From NCBI GenBank assembly GCA_035607285.1, contig DATNBZ010000239.1, forward strand, positions 2,194-66,193: a stretch of 64,000 nucleotides of DNA, in the 5' to 3' direction. This stretch comes from Blastocatellia bacterium (GTDB lineage: Bacteria > Acidobacteriota > Blastocatellia > UBA7656). The notes below the pieces were generated by a model. It searched no databases. It was not told the origin of the DNA and was given only the letters and a program-made list of their open reading frames with translations. This document shows, one piece after another, positions 1 to 9,383 of the stretch (position 1 is the first letter of the stretch; each line of letters starts with the position of its first letter). The translations under genes were made by a program, and so were the position numbers.

Positions 1-152
1 CAAAGACACTAAGGAACGAAGTAAGCCGTTTGAGTGGTGTCTCAGTTTGTCGGACATCCAAACTGAGACAGCACCGCCGTGTGTACGAACCCGCTTTGTC
101 ACAGCTTTGTGACTTCGTGTCTTTGTGGTTAAGTTATAGGGTAGCCGTTGCG

Positions 153-833
153 TTAGGCAATCGAAGCCAGGTAATTGGTGAGCTTATCTTCCATGACCAT
201 CAAATAGTGCTCTTCGCTAATCTCGATAAGACCAAGGTTACGGAATCTCTGCATGAAGACGCTGACGCGGGGCCGCGTTGTGCCGATCATGTTCGAGAGT
301 TCTTCGTGTGAAATCTTCAGCTCTATACGTGTGCTGCCCGGGCCCTTCTTGCCAAGTTGTTTGGCGAGCTGCAGCAAGGTCTTGCCCAGGCGCTGTTCGC
401 TATCAATCGTAACGAGATTGGCGATGACCGCCTGTTGGTCCGCCACGCGCACCGCCAGATACTTGACGAAGCCCTCGAGCAGCGAGTCCGCGGCCAGATG
501 TTCGAGGAACCTTTCGCACGGCACTTGTTTCAAGAGCGTGTCTTCCATTGCCGTCGCAGTTTCCAGCCGCCCCGTCAGCCCTGAGAGGCACAACTCGCCA
601 AAGACGTCTCCGGCGCCGTGGATGGCGAGCAAACACTCTCTGCCTTCAGAAGAGACCATCGAGAGCTTCACCTGCCCGCTCTGGATGAAGTAGATCATCT
701 CGTCGCGCTCACCGATGGTGTAGACGTTTTCGTGGCTTGGGATGTTGATGGCGCGCGAGTTTCTGGTCTCGCGTTGCATGGACTCGCGCATCTGTTTTTT
801 GAACAGAGCTGTTTCGGGATAATCTTGAATCAT
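153..833 (-). CDS. Crp/Fnr family transcriptional regulator (paralog 1)
   Basis: 226 aa; cNMP-binding fold with FGELCL...R, C-terminal HTH SHEELSNMIGTTRPRVS. Confidence 0.93.
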   Translation of the reverse strand: MIQDYPETALFKKQMRESMQRETRNSRAINIPSHENVYTIGERDEMIYFIQSGQVKLSMVSSEGRECLLAIHGAGDVFGELCLSGLTGRLETATAMEDTLLKQVPCERFLEHLAADSLLEGFVKYLAVRVADQQAVIANLVTIDSEQRLGKTLLQLAKQLGKKGPGSTRIELKISHEELSNMIGTTRPRVSVFMQRFRNLGLIEISEEHYLMVMEDKLTNYLASIA

Positions 834-932
834 ACATCGACCCTCACCTTCCGGGCGTTTACGAGGTAATGACTATCAATCACCCTTCGGGGCACAATGT
901 AAACACAACCACGATGAAGGTTTCAAGATCGG

Positions 933-1030
933 AATCCGTGTCAATCCGTCAAATCCGGTCATCCGTGGTGGTCTATTGCTTTGCGGGGATCGACCACCGA
1001 TGACGCGGATTTGACGGGTTCTCACGGATC
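933..1030. repeat. Short-period (about 9-nt) inverted-repeat hairpin element
   Basis: aatccgtgtc-aatccgtca-aatccg-gtc-atccgtgg arm, with a complementary cggatttgacgg...cacggat arm. Confidence 0.6.
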
Positions 1031-1060
1031 AAGGGAAACCCGGCCAACTATTTTCGAGAA

Positions 1061-1103
1061 TGTCCCCTACTGCACAGAAACCGATCTCGAACAGGCGTAG
1101 CAT
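1061..1103 (+). promoter_or_regulatory. Putative Crp-paralog box plus -10 (class II promoter)
   Basis: TGTCC-cctact-GCACA at 1061-1076; TAGCAT at 1098. Confidence 0.7.
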
Positions 1104-1191
1104 TCGAAGTGTAAGCCGAAGTGAAGCGGAGTCGGGATAGCGCGCTGAGCGCCCGACACGCACGGATGAACTGCACCTGGAGGTCGAAATC

Positions 1192-1341
1192 ATGCTTTGG
1201 ACAATTTTGGTTATTCTGCTGGTCCTGTGGCTGCTGGGAATGCTCGGCGGCGTTGGTGGTTCGTTGATTCATTTGCTGCTGGTTGTTGCAGTGATTGTGC
1301 TGGTCTTCAACCTGATCAGCGGGCGACGGGGCATCGTCTAA
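1192..1341 (+). CDS. lmo0937/DUF5670 family small membrane protein (not in ORF track)
   Basis: GGAGG RBS; MLWTILVILLVLWLLGMLGGVGGSLIHLLLVVAVIVLVFNLISGRRGIV*, 49 aa. Confidence 0.88.
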   Translation: MLWTILVILLVLWLLGMLGGVGGSLIHLLLVVAVIVLVFNLISGRRGIV

Positions 1342-1437
1342 GCGAAAACACAACGCGTCAGATAGCCCAGAGCTGAGTGGCTCGAGAAGTGTTCCCCGCC
1401 TCTTCTCCTGCGTCTGCTGCCGTAATAATCATTCCTG

Positions 1438-1665
1438 GTGGCGCTGGAGTACGAAATGACCGATTCGGATATGGTGGATCTCTATGAAGAGATGCTCTGG
1501 GTAAAGGCGACCAACAGCCGAATCAGACCGATGCTTTATGTCTCATCATCCAGGGACCTCGAGTGCAACGTGCTGATGCTGCTAAATGCGGCTCCTGAGC
1601 TAAGGCTGGCGCGACACGGGCACCTGATCGTAAGCGGACCCAGGCAACAAATCAGGACAATTTAG
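1438..1665 (+). CDS. Hypothetical protein
   Basis: 75-aa ORF; GGAG precedes an internal ATG; no recognisable family. Confidence 0.4.
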   Translation: MALEYEMTDSDMVDLYEEMLWVKATNSRIRPMLYVSSSRDLECNVLMLLNAAPELRLARHGHLIVSGPRQQIRTI

Positions 1666-1768
1666 GTTCCTGATTCGGATTCCTGATCTAAGGGCGCTGC
1701 TCGGTTCTGTTTTGTGGTTGTTCGGACTACCACGCGGCAGCGGCGGTGGTTGATTATCGCCTTAGTAG

Positions 1769-1922
1769 TAGTGGGGTATGAGCGTGTTGCCAGCAAGCAG
1801 TCCTCTGCGTCCCCGGCGTCCGCGGTTTTCCCTGCTCAGTAGCCCGGAATCAACCGCAGAGGACGCCGAGGACGCAGAGGAGAAACGCGAATGTGAGCGA
1901 GCAACACACTATCACCCGACTA
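1769..1922 (+). mobile_element. 154-bp MITE, copy 1
   Basis: Ends TAGTGGGGT...ACCCGACTA, flanked by direct repeat tcgccttagt; near-identical inverted copy at 5859-6011. Confidence 0.8.
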
Positions 1923-1967
1923 TCGCCTTAGTCAGGGCAGTGGAGGCAATCCAAGGGAGGTAGAGAA

Positions 1968-2564
1968 TTGAGTGACTATATAGAAAAACGAGTAGTAGTT
2001 CAGGCTGTCCCGGTTGGGAGAACCCCCGTCGTCGAGACTCGGATTGATTCAGTAGTCGGCGAACGTCGAGGGATGTCAGGAGTCGCAGTCGCCGCTTTGG
2101 TTGTGGCAGCAATCGCTGCCGCTGTCGTAATCACAATGCTGATCTTGAACAGTCAGCAAAAGAGGAGCGATGACCTACTGGCCCAGGAGCGAGCAAGAAC
2201 CGCCGCTGCCCAGCAGGCGCCCGCTCAGCCATCGCCGCAACAACAGCCGCTGATCCTTACGTTGCCCGCATCGCAGCCGGCTACAGTGGCGCCGGTACCG
2301 TCTCCCGTGGTTACTGCTGTTCAACCGCCTCCAAGTTACAAGGACAGCGCGCCTTCGAACGCCGCTCTCGAAATAGACGTGACGTCGCTACTGCAGAACG
2401 ACCCGCAACTGCGCACCTACGCGCTCGACGTGAAGGTCACCGATGGCACCGCAATACTGAGCGGGAACGTGTCAGATGAAGCGCTCAAGCAATTGGCAGG
2501 CAAGCTCGCTGGAACGGTCCGCGGTGTCAGGAGAGTAGTGAACGATATCGCCGTGAGACCTTGA
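1968..2564 (+). CDS. BON domain membrane protein
   Basis: N-terminal TM helix, Pro/Gln linker, C-terminal BON (DVKVTDGTAILSGNV...GVRRVVNDI). Confidence 0.85.
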   Translation: MSDYIEKRVVVQAVPVGRTPVVETRIDSVVGERRGMSGVAVAALVVAAIAAAVVITMLILNSQQKRSDDLLAQERARTAAAQQAPAQPSPQQQPLILTLPASQPATVAPVPSPVVTAVQPPPSYKDSAPSNAALEIDVTSLLQNDPQLRTYALDVKVTDGTAILSGNVSDEALKQLAGKLAGTVRGVRRVVNDIAVRP

Positions 2565-2640
2565 ATCCGTCAGAAGCTGTAACGACTCGACAGCGTGTTG
2601 CGAAGCGCGACGCGCTCAGCCACACAGAAGGGGAACACGT

Positions 2641-3102
2641 ATGGATGCACTGGAGCTATTGAAAGCGGATCATCGGAAAGTTGGAGATCTTTTCGCGCAG
2701 GTCAATGCGACTGAAGACGAAAAGCAACATCAACAGCTTTTCGAGCAGATCAAATGCGAACTCGAGATCCACAGCCACATAGAGGAAACCGTGTTGTATC
2801 CTACCTTTGAGAAATACGGCGAGCTGAAAGCCATAGTCCTTGAAGCCTACGAAGAGCACAAGCAAGTAAAGACACTCATCGACGAGATCACCGCGTTGAG
2901 TGAGGGCAGCGGACGCTTTGATGCAAAGCTCAAAGTCATGGGCAAGAACGTCAGACAGCATGTCAAAGAAGAAGAGGACGGAATGTTCCCCGCCGCGAAA
3001 AAGTTTCTTGATGGAAGGCGGCTCGAACAGCTCGGGCAGGAGTTGGAAGAGGCGAAGAGGCAGTTCGTGACACCGTCCCGTAAACACGCCAGCGCCGGCT
3101 GA
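2641..3102 (+). CDS. Hemerythrin/HHE domain protein
   Basis: MDALELLKADH, HSHIEE, EEH and HVKEEE motifs. Confidence 0.9.
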   Translation: MDALELLKADHRKVGDLFAQVNATEDEKQHQQLFEQIKCELEIHSHIEETVLYPTFEKYGELKAIVLEAYEEHKQVKTLIDEITALSEGSGRFDAKLKVMGKNVRQHVKEEEDGMFPAAKKFLDGRRLEQLGQELEEAKRQFVTPSRKHASAG

Positions 3103-3106
3103 CAGA

Positions 3107-3197
3107 GTCCGACAAGCTGCCGGCTTGTCGGAGGGTCTTCTCGTCGAGCTGGAGATCTTACAACGCGGACCTCGACAAGCTGGCAGCTTGTCGGACT
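3107..3197. repeat. REP-like palindrome pair (gtccgacaagctgcc...cttgtcggac family)
   Basis: Inverted pair; related copy at 55561-55622. Confidence 0.7.
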
Positions 3198-3245
3198 TTT
3201 CTAAAGTCCGAGTGTAGTCGGACGCTATCGATAAAGGAGTTCAAC

Positions 3246-3458
3246 ATGTGGAACAAGGATGAGATCAAAGGCAAAGGTAAACAGATCGAGGGTGCGGTAA
3301 AGGAAAAGGCCGGGCAGTACGTCACCAATCCGGACCTCGAAGCCGCCGGCAAAGCCGAGCGATTTGAAGGAAAGGTCCAGGAGAAGGCAGGCGAGTATCG
3401 CCGTAACGCTGCCGGACTGCTGGAGAAAGTGGTCAAAGTCGCTAACGGTAAGCGTTAG
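3246..3458 (+). CDS. CsbD family stress protein
   Basis: MWNKDEIKGKGKQIEGAVKEKAG...EGKVQEKAG; AAGGAG RBS. Confidence 0.9.
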   Translation: MWNKDEIKGKGKQIEGAVKEKAGQYVTNPDLEAAGKAERFEGKVQEKAGEYRRNAAGLLEKVVKVANGKR

Positions 3459-3565
3459 TTCGGAAGTCATCCGATTGGATAGCTAGCCAGGGGACGGTAA
3501 CGTGAAGCGCGGCGTAACTGTTATGCCGAACGATCCCAAACAGATTTGAAACAGGAGAATAGTAA

Positions 3566-5149
3566 ATGAAGATCAGTAGATTCATTGTCGCGAGCGCGCT
3601 GCTTTTTATGGCCCTCGTTGGTACATCTTTCGCTCAGACTATCGAAGTCACCAACACCTCGCAATGGGTTTCCGCGAGGCGTCAAATCCTTGCAGTCAAA
3701 TATATCGAGGATAAGCAAACGGCGGTCAATATGTCGGGCACATCACTTGTGCCGCGAGCCATGGGGAAGGCTGATGTTGAGTTCAAGCACGGCCGTTCGC
3801 GGATCAAGCTCGAGATGGAGAACCTGGGGCATCCGCAATCGCTGGGCGCTTATTACACCACCTACATTCTGTGGGCAGTGGCTCCGGAAGGACAGGCTGA
3901 GAGCCTGGTGGAATTGCCTATAGCCGGCAAGATCAACCTTGATGCGACGACGAAACTTCAGAACTTCGGTCTGATGATCACCGCCGAGCCTCACGCGAGT
4001 GTGGCGCTGCCGAGTCCGGTGATCGTGGCCGAGAACTCATTGCGCAAAGGGACGGAAGGGAACATCGGAGTCAGTAAAATTGAATACAGCGGCGATTCTG
4101 GAACTCTCTATGTCGTCACGTCGCCGAATGCTCCGGCGTTGAATGCGGACTTCAATACACCGTTGTTGATTCTGGGAGCACGTCGCGCAGTCTGGATTGC
4201 AAAACGAGCGGGCGCCGGCGAGTTTGCCGCTCCGGAGTTGCGATCAGCAGAAGTGAAGCTCGAGGCTTTGGAGCAGAGTTGGCCGGGATCGCGCGGGCAC
4301 GACAGCGAGCGCAAGAATGCGGAGAGACATGGCGGACAAGCTCGCGACGTTATGCGCCTGGGCGAGCACGCTCGAAGCCTGACGGTCGAGCGTCGCATTC
4401 AAGCGAGACTTGCGGAGGAACGACGTGACGCCAGCAACACTATTGCCCAGGCTCAGTCCGATGCCGATCGCGCGCGAACGGATGCTGACCGGGCTACGAT
4501 GGATGCCGATCACGCCAGAATGGAAGCTGAACGCGCACGCAGATCGGAGCGCGATGAAGCGGCAAGGGCGGCAAGTGACGCCGCACTATCACGCGAGCGA
4601 GTAGCGCAGGCACAATCGGAAACCGAGACCGCGAAAGCGAATGAAGCGACCGCATCCAACGAAGCAATGCGGGCGCGAATTCAGGCCCTCGACGCATTGC
4701 GTGAAAGAGACGCCGCGCGAGAAGGGCTCTACGTCTCGCTCTCGGGGATTCTTGAGACCAGGCGCGAGGCTCGCGGGCTGATCGTCAATCTCTCGGATGT
4801 CCTGTTTGATACCGCTCAGTCGACGCTCAAGCCGGGCGCTCGCGAGAAGCTCAGCAAACTGGCCGGCATACTCCTGGCTTATCCGGGTGCGTATCGGATC
4901 GAGATCGAGGGGCACACTGATTCGGTGGGGTCCGATGACAGCAACCTGCGGCTGTCACAGGGACGTGCTGACTCGGTACACGACTATCTGTTACACAGCG
5001 GCCTTAAGCCGGATCGCATTATGAGCGCTCGCGGTTTGGGCGAGACAACTCCAGTCGCGAGCAACGACACCGCGGCCGGAAGGCAAGTCAATCGGCGGGT
5101 TGAAATTATCATCGCCGATACCGTCACTAAGGCTCAGGCAGGTAATTGA
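3566..5149 (+). CDS. OmpA family protein with coiled-coil stalk
   Basis: Signal peptide, Ala/Arg coiled coil, OmpA C-domain (IEGHTDS...NLRLSQGRA...NRRVEI). Confidence 0.9.
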   Translation: MKISRFIVASALLFMALVGTSFAQTIEVTNTSQWVSARRQILAVKYIEDKQTAVNMSGTSLVPRAMGKADVEFKHGRSRIKLEMENLGHPQSLGAYYTTYILWAVAPEGQAESLVELPIAGKINLDATTKLQNFGLMITAEPHASVALPSPVIVAENSLRKGTEGNIGVSKIEYSGDSGTLYVVTSPNAPALNADFNTPLLILGARRAVWIAKRAGAGEFAAPELRSAEVKLEALEQSWPGSRGHDSERKNAERHGGQARDVMRLGEHARSLTVERRIQARLAEERRDASNTIAQAQSDADRARTDADRATMDADHARMEAERARRSERDEAARAASDAALSRERVAQAQSETETAKANEATASNEAMRARIQALDALRERDAAREGLYVSLSGILETRREARGLIVNLSDVLFDTAQSTLKPGAREKLSKLAGILLAYPGAYRIEIEGHTDSVGSDDSNLRLSQGRADSVHDYLLHSGLKPDRIMSARGLGETTPVASNDTAAGRQVNRRVEIIIADTVTKAQAGN

Positions 5150-5205
5150 TGAAGATCTCACACGAATGCCGGAGCGAGTTAAACCGGGCATGTGTTTGAA
5201 ATCAA

Positions 5206-5307
5206 TTTGGAGTGCGGCGCGGTCTGTGCGTTCGCGCCGCTTTTGGCTGATTAGTTTGAGAACAAAGGGAAAGCGGCGCGAACGCACAGACCGCGCCGCA
5301 CTCCAAA
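5206..5307. repeat. REP-like palindrome pair (ttggagtgcggcgc...gcgccgcactccaa)
   Basis: Long near-perfect inverted repeat in intergenic space. Confidence 0.75.
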
Positions 5308-5332
5308 TAAGCTGCATCCTGGAGGTCAAGCT

Positions 5333-5803
5333 ATGGGACGCAAGAAAAAGGCTGGGATAGGTCTAATACTCGAGCGGTTTTCACTCAAAGCTACGAAGGC
5401 AACCGGAACCTCCGGGGCGTTCGTCATTGCATTGGCGGTGCTTATCGTCTGGGCAATCTCAGGGCCGGTCTTCCATTTTTCTGATACCTGGCAATTGGTG
5501 ATCAACACCGGAACGACCATCGTAACCTTTCTGATGGTGTTTCTGATTCAACGAACACAGAACAAGGATGCGCTGGCGATACATCTGAAACTCAACGAAA
5601 TTGTCGCTGCCGTAGAGGGCGCCAGTAACCGGCTGATCGATGTCGAGGACCTCACCGAAGCCGAGATTGAGGTGCTTCACAAGCATTACCAAAAGCTGGT
5701 AGCCCTGGCAAAACATGACGCCAAACTTACCGAAACTCATTCCATCGAGGAAGCCGAGGATCGTCACAAGACCAAGCACGCAAAGCGCAAGCGCGCGGCA
5801 TGA
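5333..5803 (+). CDS. Low-affinity iron permease (Fet4-like) family protein
   Basis: FSDTWQLVINTGTTIVTFLMVFLIQ...KLNE signature. Confidence 0.9.
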   Translation: MGRKKKAGIGLILERFSLKATKATGTSGAFVIALAVLIVWAISGPVFHFSDTWQLVINTGTTIVTFLMVFLIQRTQNKDALAIHLKLNEIVAAVEGASNRLIDVEDLTEAEIEVLHKHYQKLVALAKHDAKLTETHSIEEAEDRHKTKHAKRKRAA

Positions 5804-5858
5804 TCGCAGGAACACCGGTTTGGTCATGTAAGGGCCTCCGTGGCCGCCCCTCTTCGGG

Positions 5859-6011
5859 TAGTGGGGTGATAGTGTTGCTCGCACATTCGCGTTTCTCCTC
5901 GGCGTCCTCGGCGTCCTCTGCGGTTGATTCCGAGCCACTGAGCAGGAAAAACCGCGGAGGACGCAGGGGACGCAGAGGACTGCTTGCTGGCAACACGCTA
6001 ATACCCCACTA
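5859..6011 (-). mobile_element. 153-bp MITE, copy 2, inserted inside a REP doublet
   Basis: Ends TAGTGGGGT...ACCCCACTA, flanked by direct repeat cccctcttcgg. Confidence 0.8.
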
Positions 6012-6116
6012 CCCCTCTTCGGCACGCGAGGTTTGAGCAACGAGGGGCGGCCACGGAGGCCCGCCCTTACATGACCCTCACTTTCGCCGCTACACTCCAA
6101 TAGCCGCGAGGTTTGG

Positions 6117-7439
6117 GTGAAGCCGAAACAACACTCTTATTCTGAAGAGAACCTCGACGCGCTCGAGCGCGTTACCTTTGACTATTTCCTGAAGGAAGCG
6201 AATCCGGAAAATGGTTTGGTTCCCGACAGCACTCGCCAGGGATCGCCGTGCAGCATTGCCGCAACCGGATTCGGGCTCGCGAGCTATCCGGTTGGCGTCG
6301 AGCGTGGATTCATCACGCGCGATGAAGCGATCACACGAACCCTTCTCACATTGCGCTTCTTTTGGAATAGCGCACAGGGTCCCGAACCGGACGTCACAGG
6401 CTACAAGGGTTTCTATTACCACTTCCTCGACATGAAGAGCGGACGCCGCGCCTGGGATTGCGAACTGTCGACCATCGATTCGACGTTCTTGATCGCGGGC
6501 GCACTGACCGCCGCGCAGTATTTCAATCGCGACAATCAAGATGAATTAGAAATTCGCACGGTAGCCGACGCGATCTATCGCCGGTGCGACTGGCAATGGG
6601 CGCAGAATCTGGGAGCTACAGTCACGCACGGCTGGAGACCTGAAAGCGGGTTCATAAAGTATCGTTGGGAAGGTTACAACGAGGCGCTGATCCTTTACGT
6701 TCTTGGGCTTGGATCGCCCACTCACGCCTTGCCCGAGGAGAGTTACAAGGCCTGGGCAAGCACGTATGAATGGAGGAGCCTTTACGGGCGCGAGTTTCTC
6801 TACGCCGGTCCGCTCTTCATCCATCAGCTCTCGCACATGTGGATCGACTTTCGGGGGATTCAGGACGACTACATGCGCGGCAAGGGAATCGACTATTTCG
6901 AGAACAGCCGCCGCGCAACTTACCTTCAGCAGCAATACGCGATTTGCAATCCGCGAGGCTTTCGAGGTTATGGTGAATACATATGGGGTCTCACGGCCAG
7001 CGATGGCCCGGGACCGGCGCGCAAGAAGATCGGAGGCAAGCTGCGGCAATTCTTCGACTATGAAGCGCGCGGCATTCCAGACGGTCCGGATGACGGCACG
7101 CTGGCGCCGTGGGCGGTGATCGCTTCACTTCCGTTTGCGCCGGAGATTGTGTTGCCGTCGATGCAGTATTTCGACGAGGCGTATCCTGAGATGACCAGCC
7201 ACTACGGATTCAAGTGCAGTTTCAATCCGACGTTTTCGACAGGTTCAGGGAATGACAAAGATTCAAGCAAGGAGTGGATCTCAAAGGGATACTACGGTCT
7301 CGATCAAGGCCCGATAGTTTTGATGATTGAGAACTATCGTACAGGCTTTTTGTGGCGGCTGATGCGCGGTTGTTCTTATATAGTTGAAGGGCTTCGCCGC
7401 GCAGGTTTTGAGGGCGGCTGGCTGCAGGAGCTCGAGTAG
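6117..7439 (+). CDS. Glucoamylase-like (GH144-like) glycoside hydrolase
   Basis: GFYYHFLD, ELSTIDS, WEGYNE, PLFIHQ, WGLTASDGP and GLDQG motifs. Confidence 0.85.
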   Translation: MKPKQHSYSEENLDALERVTFDYFLKEANPENGLVPDSTRQGSPCSIAATGFGLASYPVGVERGFITRDEAITRTLLTLRFFWNSAQGPEPDVTGYKGFYYHFLDMKSGRRAWDCELSTIDSTFLIAGALTAAQYFNRDNQDELEIRTVADAIYRRCDWQWAQNLGATVTHGWRPESGFIKYRWEGYNEALILYVLGLGSPTHALPEESYKAWASTYEWRSLYGREFLYAGPLFIHQLSHMWIDFRGIQDDYMRGKGIDYFENSRRATYLQQQYAICNPRGFRGYGEYIWGLTASDGPGPARKKIGGKLRQFFDYEARGIPDGPDDGTLAPWAVIASLPFAPEIVLPSMQYFDEAYPEMTSHYGFKCSFNPTFSTGSGNDKDSSKEWISKGYYGLDQGPIVLMIENYRTGFLWRLMRGCSYIVEGLRRAGFEGGWLQELE

Positions 7440-7440
7440 G

Positions 7441-7560
7441 TCGTTGGTCGTCCCAATCCTGATGCTCCCCCGGCGTCCTCAGCGACCTCTACGGTTGATC
7501 CCAGCGACTGATTAAGAAAACCGCAGAGGGCGCCGAGGACGCAGAGGACTGCCAACACCC
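7441..7560. repeat. Degenerate copy of the 9-mer hairpin core of the MITE
   Basis: aaccgcagagggcgccgaggacgcagag arm plus complementary arm; another copy at 27443-27545. Confidence 0.65.
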
Positions 7561-7650
7561 ATCGGCTCGCGTGCCGCATCTTGGAATAAGACGTAATATG
7601 ATTAAGTCGTCGCCCTGTTGAATAACTTTCGGGCGAAGTTGGGATCCAAA

Positions 7651-8151
7651 ATGCGACAGAAGTCCATTCAAGCCGCCGGCATGGTTTTGACCCTTTCTTA
7701 CGCCGCTTTCATTATTTGGATTTATGCGACGGAACCGCGAACCTTTAAGGAAGTCGCCACCAGCGCGGAGATCGCCGTCGGGACCTACCAGATCGACCAG
7801 GAGAAGTTCAATAGCGCACTCGCGCTTTTCCGGCGCGAACAATTTCGAGCCGCGCGTGACGAATGGTTGCGAGCCGATCCCGCTCAAGGCGACGCGCGCA
7901 CACAGTTCTATATCTCTTACGCCTTTTACCGCGAAGGCTGGGGCCGTGTTTACTACGACCAGGATTTGATCAAGCAGGGGCTGGAAGCCATCAACCGCGC
8001 AATCAGTCTCACCCCTAACGGTTCGCTCACCGTCGACGATCCAGACTTGCAGATGCATACCGCCGCCGAAGTCAAAGCCGAACTGGAACAGGCTAAGGAG
8101 CGAAGCTGGTCCGATCTCAATCCGTTCAAGATCTTGCGCACGCGAAAATAA
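7651..8151 (+). CDS. Membrane-anchored TPR-like hypothetical protein
   Basis: N-terminal TM segment, helical repeat-like core; start uncertain (7618 or 7651). Confidence 0.65.
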   Translation: MRQKSIQAAGMVLTLSYAAFIIWIYATEPRTFKEVATSAEIAVGTYQIDQEKFNSALALFRREQFRAARDEWLRADPAQGDARTQFYISYAFYREGWGRVYYDQDLIKQGLEAINRAISLTPNGSLTVDDPDLQMHTAAEVKAELEQAKERSWSDLNPFKILRTRK

Positions 8152-8206
8152 AGCGGTGATGATGCCCCTGCTGTATGTTGATCAAAATCAGCGTGACTGA
8201 ATTCCA

Positions 8207-9010
8207 GTGATGAGCTCAAGCATGACGGAAAGGAATCGTTCAACAAATCGGGTGCTGGTAAGTTTCATTCTGCTGCCGGTGTTGTTTTTGACTGTAGCGC
8301 TGCTGGGAGGTCTGCGAGTAAGCGCTGACGACCACGCGTTCATCTTCATCCCGCCGCCGCTGGTCACGCTTCTGCTCGCGGTACTGTTAGCCTTGCTCTT
8401 CGTGCGCGGCAACCTCATCGAGTTGCCGCGATGGGTGGCGAGCACTAATCCGCCAGTGACGAACGTTTCGAATGTCTGGATGCTGCTGACCCTCTTTTTC
8501 GCATCGGCGCAGGTGTTCAACTCGGTCCTGCCTGAACGCGGACTGCTTCACTGGTTGTTTTCTTTCTTTTTTCTGTGGACGCTCTGGAACAATTTGTTCT
8601 CGTGGTTTGACGCGCGCAGACTATTGCGCAGCCTTGTGGTTCTCTTCGGGACTGCGTTCGTGCTCAAACACCTGCTGTTGGCGGGTCTCTATGGTCAGGA
8701 AAGGGGGTGGCTGCAGCGAGTCGCGGGAGCGCTGTTGCAAGGAGTGTCGCTCGGCACACTCGACGCGCCGTCGTTTGCGCCGGCTTCGGGTTACATCTCT
8801 TTCTTCACGCTTGCGCTGTTCGTCACCGGATTGCTTTTGATTCCATTCGTGCAAAACAGCGAGGCTCATGAACCAGGGCATTCAGTTATCGAGAATCAAA
8901 AAAAGCTGCCTGCTTCCGATCGCGTAGTCGCGCACGAAGCGATCCTGGAGAATTCCAGTGCGCCCGTTAGAGAATTAGATGGGATACCAAAAGAAGGCCT
9001 GGAAGAGTAA
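8207..9010 (+). CDS. Multi-pass membrane protein, hypothetical
   Basis: About 6 hydrophobic segments. Confidence 0.7.
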   Translation: MMSSSMTERNRSTNRVLVSFILLPVLFLTVALLGGLRVSADDHAFIFIPPPLVTLLLAVLLALLFVRGNLIELPRWVASTNPPVTNVSNVWMLLTLFFASAQVFNSVLPERGLLHWLFSFFFLWTLWNNLFSWFDARRLLRSLVVLFGTAFVLKHLLLAGLYGQERGWLQRVAGALLQGVSLGTLDAPSFAPASGYISFFTLALFVTGLLLIPFVQNSEAHEPGHSVIENQKKLPASDRVVAHEAILENSSAPVRELDGIPKEGLEE

Positions 9011-9104
9011 GCAACAGCTCCCTTAATCAAAAGCACATACTCGTTACGCGTCGCCCTCAGAGCATCCGGGCAAAACTCCTGGCTTTTTACCTGCTCATAA
9101 GTCA

Positions 9105-9147
9105 ATCGTACAGACCAAATTCAGTGAAGTCTGTTCAATACTAGACG
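9105..9147 (-). promoter_or_regulatory. Putative Crp-paralog box plus -10, leftward
   Basis: TGTTC-aatact-AGACG at 9132-9147; minus-strand TACGAT at 9110-9105. Confidence 0.5.
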
Positions 9148-9192
9148 GAACCAAGAACAGTTCTGATCATAGCGGCCAATTATTTTCGAGAT

Positions 9193-9235
9193 TGTCCCAT
9201 ACGGTACAGAAAACGAAATCGAATGGGCGTAGCAT
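9193..9235 (+). promoter_or_regulatory. Putative Crp-paralog box plus -10
   Basis: TGTCC-catacg-GTACA at 9193-9208; TAGCAT at 9230. Confidence 0.7.
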
Positions 9236-9277
9236 TCGGAGTGTAAACGCGAGCGGGGAGAGAGCCGCGAACTCGGG

Positions 9278-9350
9278 TTGATTCACCTGTTGCTTGTTAT
9301 TCCGGTCATCGTGTTGATCTTCAACACGCTGAGCGGCGCCGAAGTCGTTA
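9278..9350 (+). pseudogene. Remnant of a DUF5670/lmo0937 family gene
   Basis: Translates LIHLLLVIPVIVLIFNTLSG, matching the 3' half of 1192-1341; 5' half and RBS are missing. Confidence 0.65.
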
Positions 9351-9368
9351 AGCGTCACGCAGCATGCG

Positions 9369-9383
9369 CGGCACGTATATTGC
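9369..9383 (+). promoter_or_regulatory. Putative sigma-54 -24/-12 promoter
   Basis: CGGCACGTATATTGC fits GGCAC-N5-TTGC. Confidence 0.5.

Noticed and set aside
898-913. Additional Crp-type boxes at 898, 1719, 14626, 15369, 20471 and 20649
   Set aside because: Partial matches without a TAnnnT hexamer at the 21-nt spacing toward the adjacent gene, so they were not counted.
5459-6100. ORFs spanning the MITE/REP DNA (also 1778-1963, 13802-14254, 54284-54529, 63695-63982)
   Set aside because: They are translations of palindromic repeats, with no RBS or family motifs.
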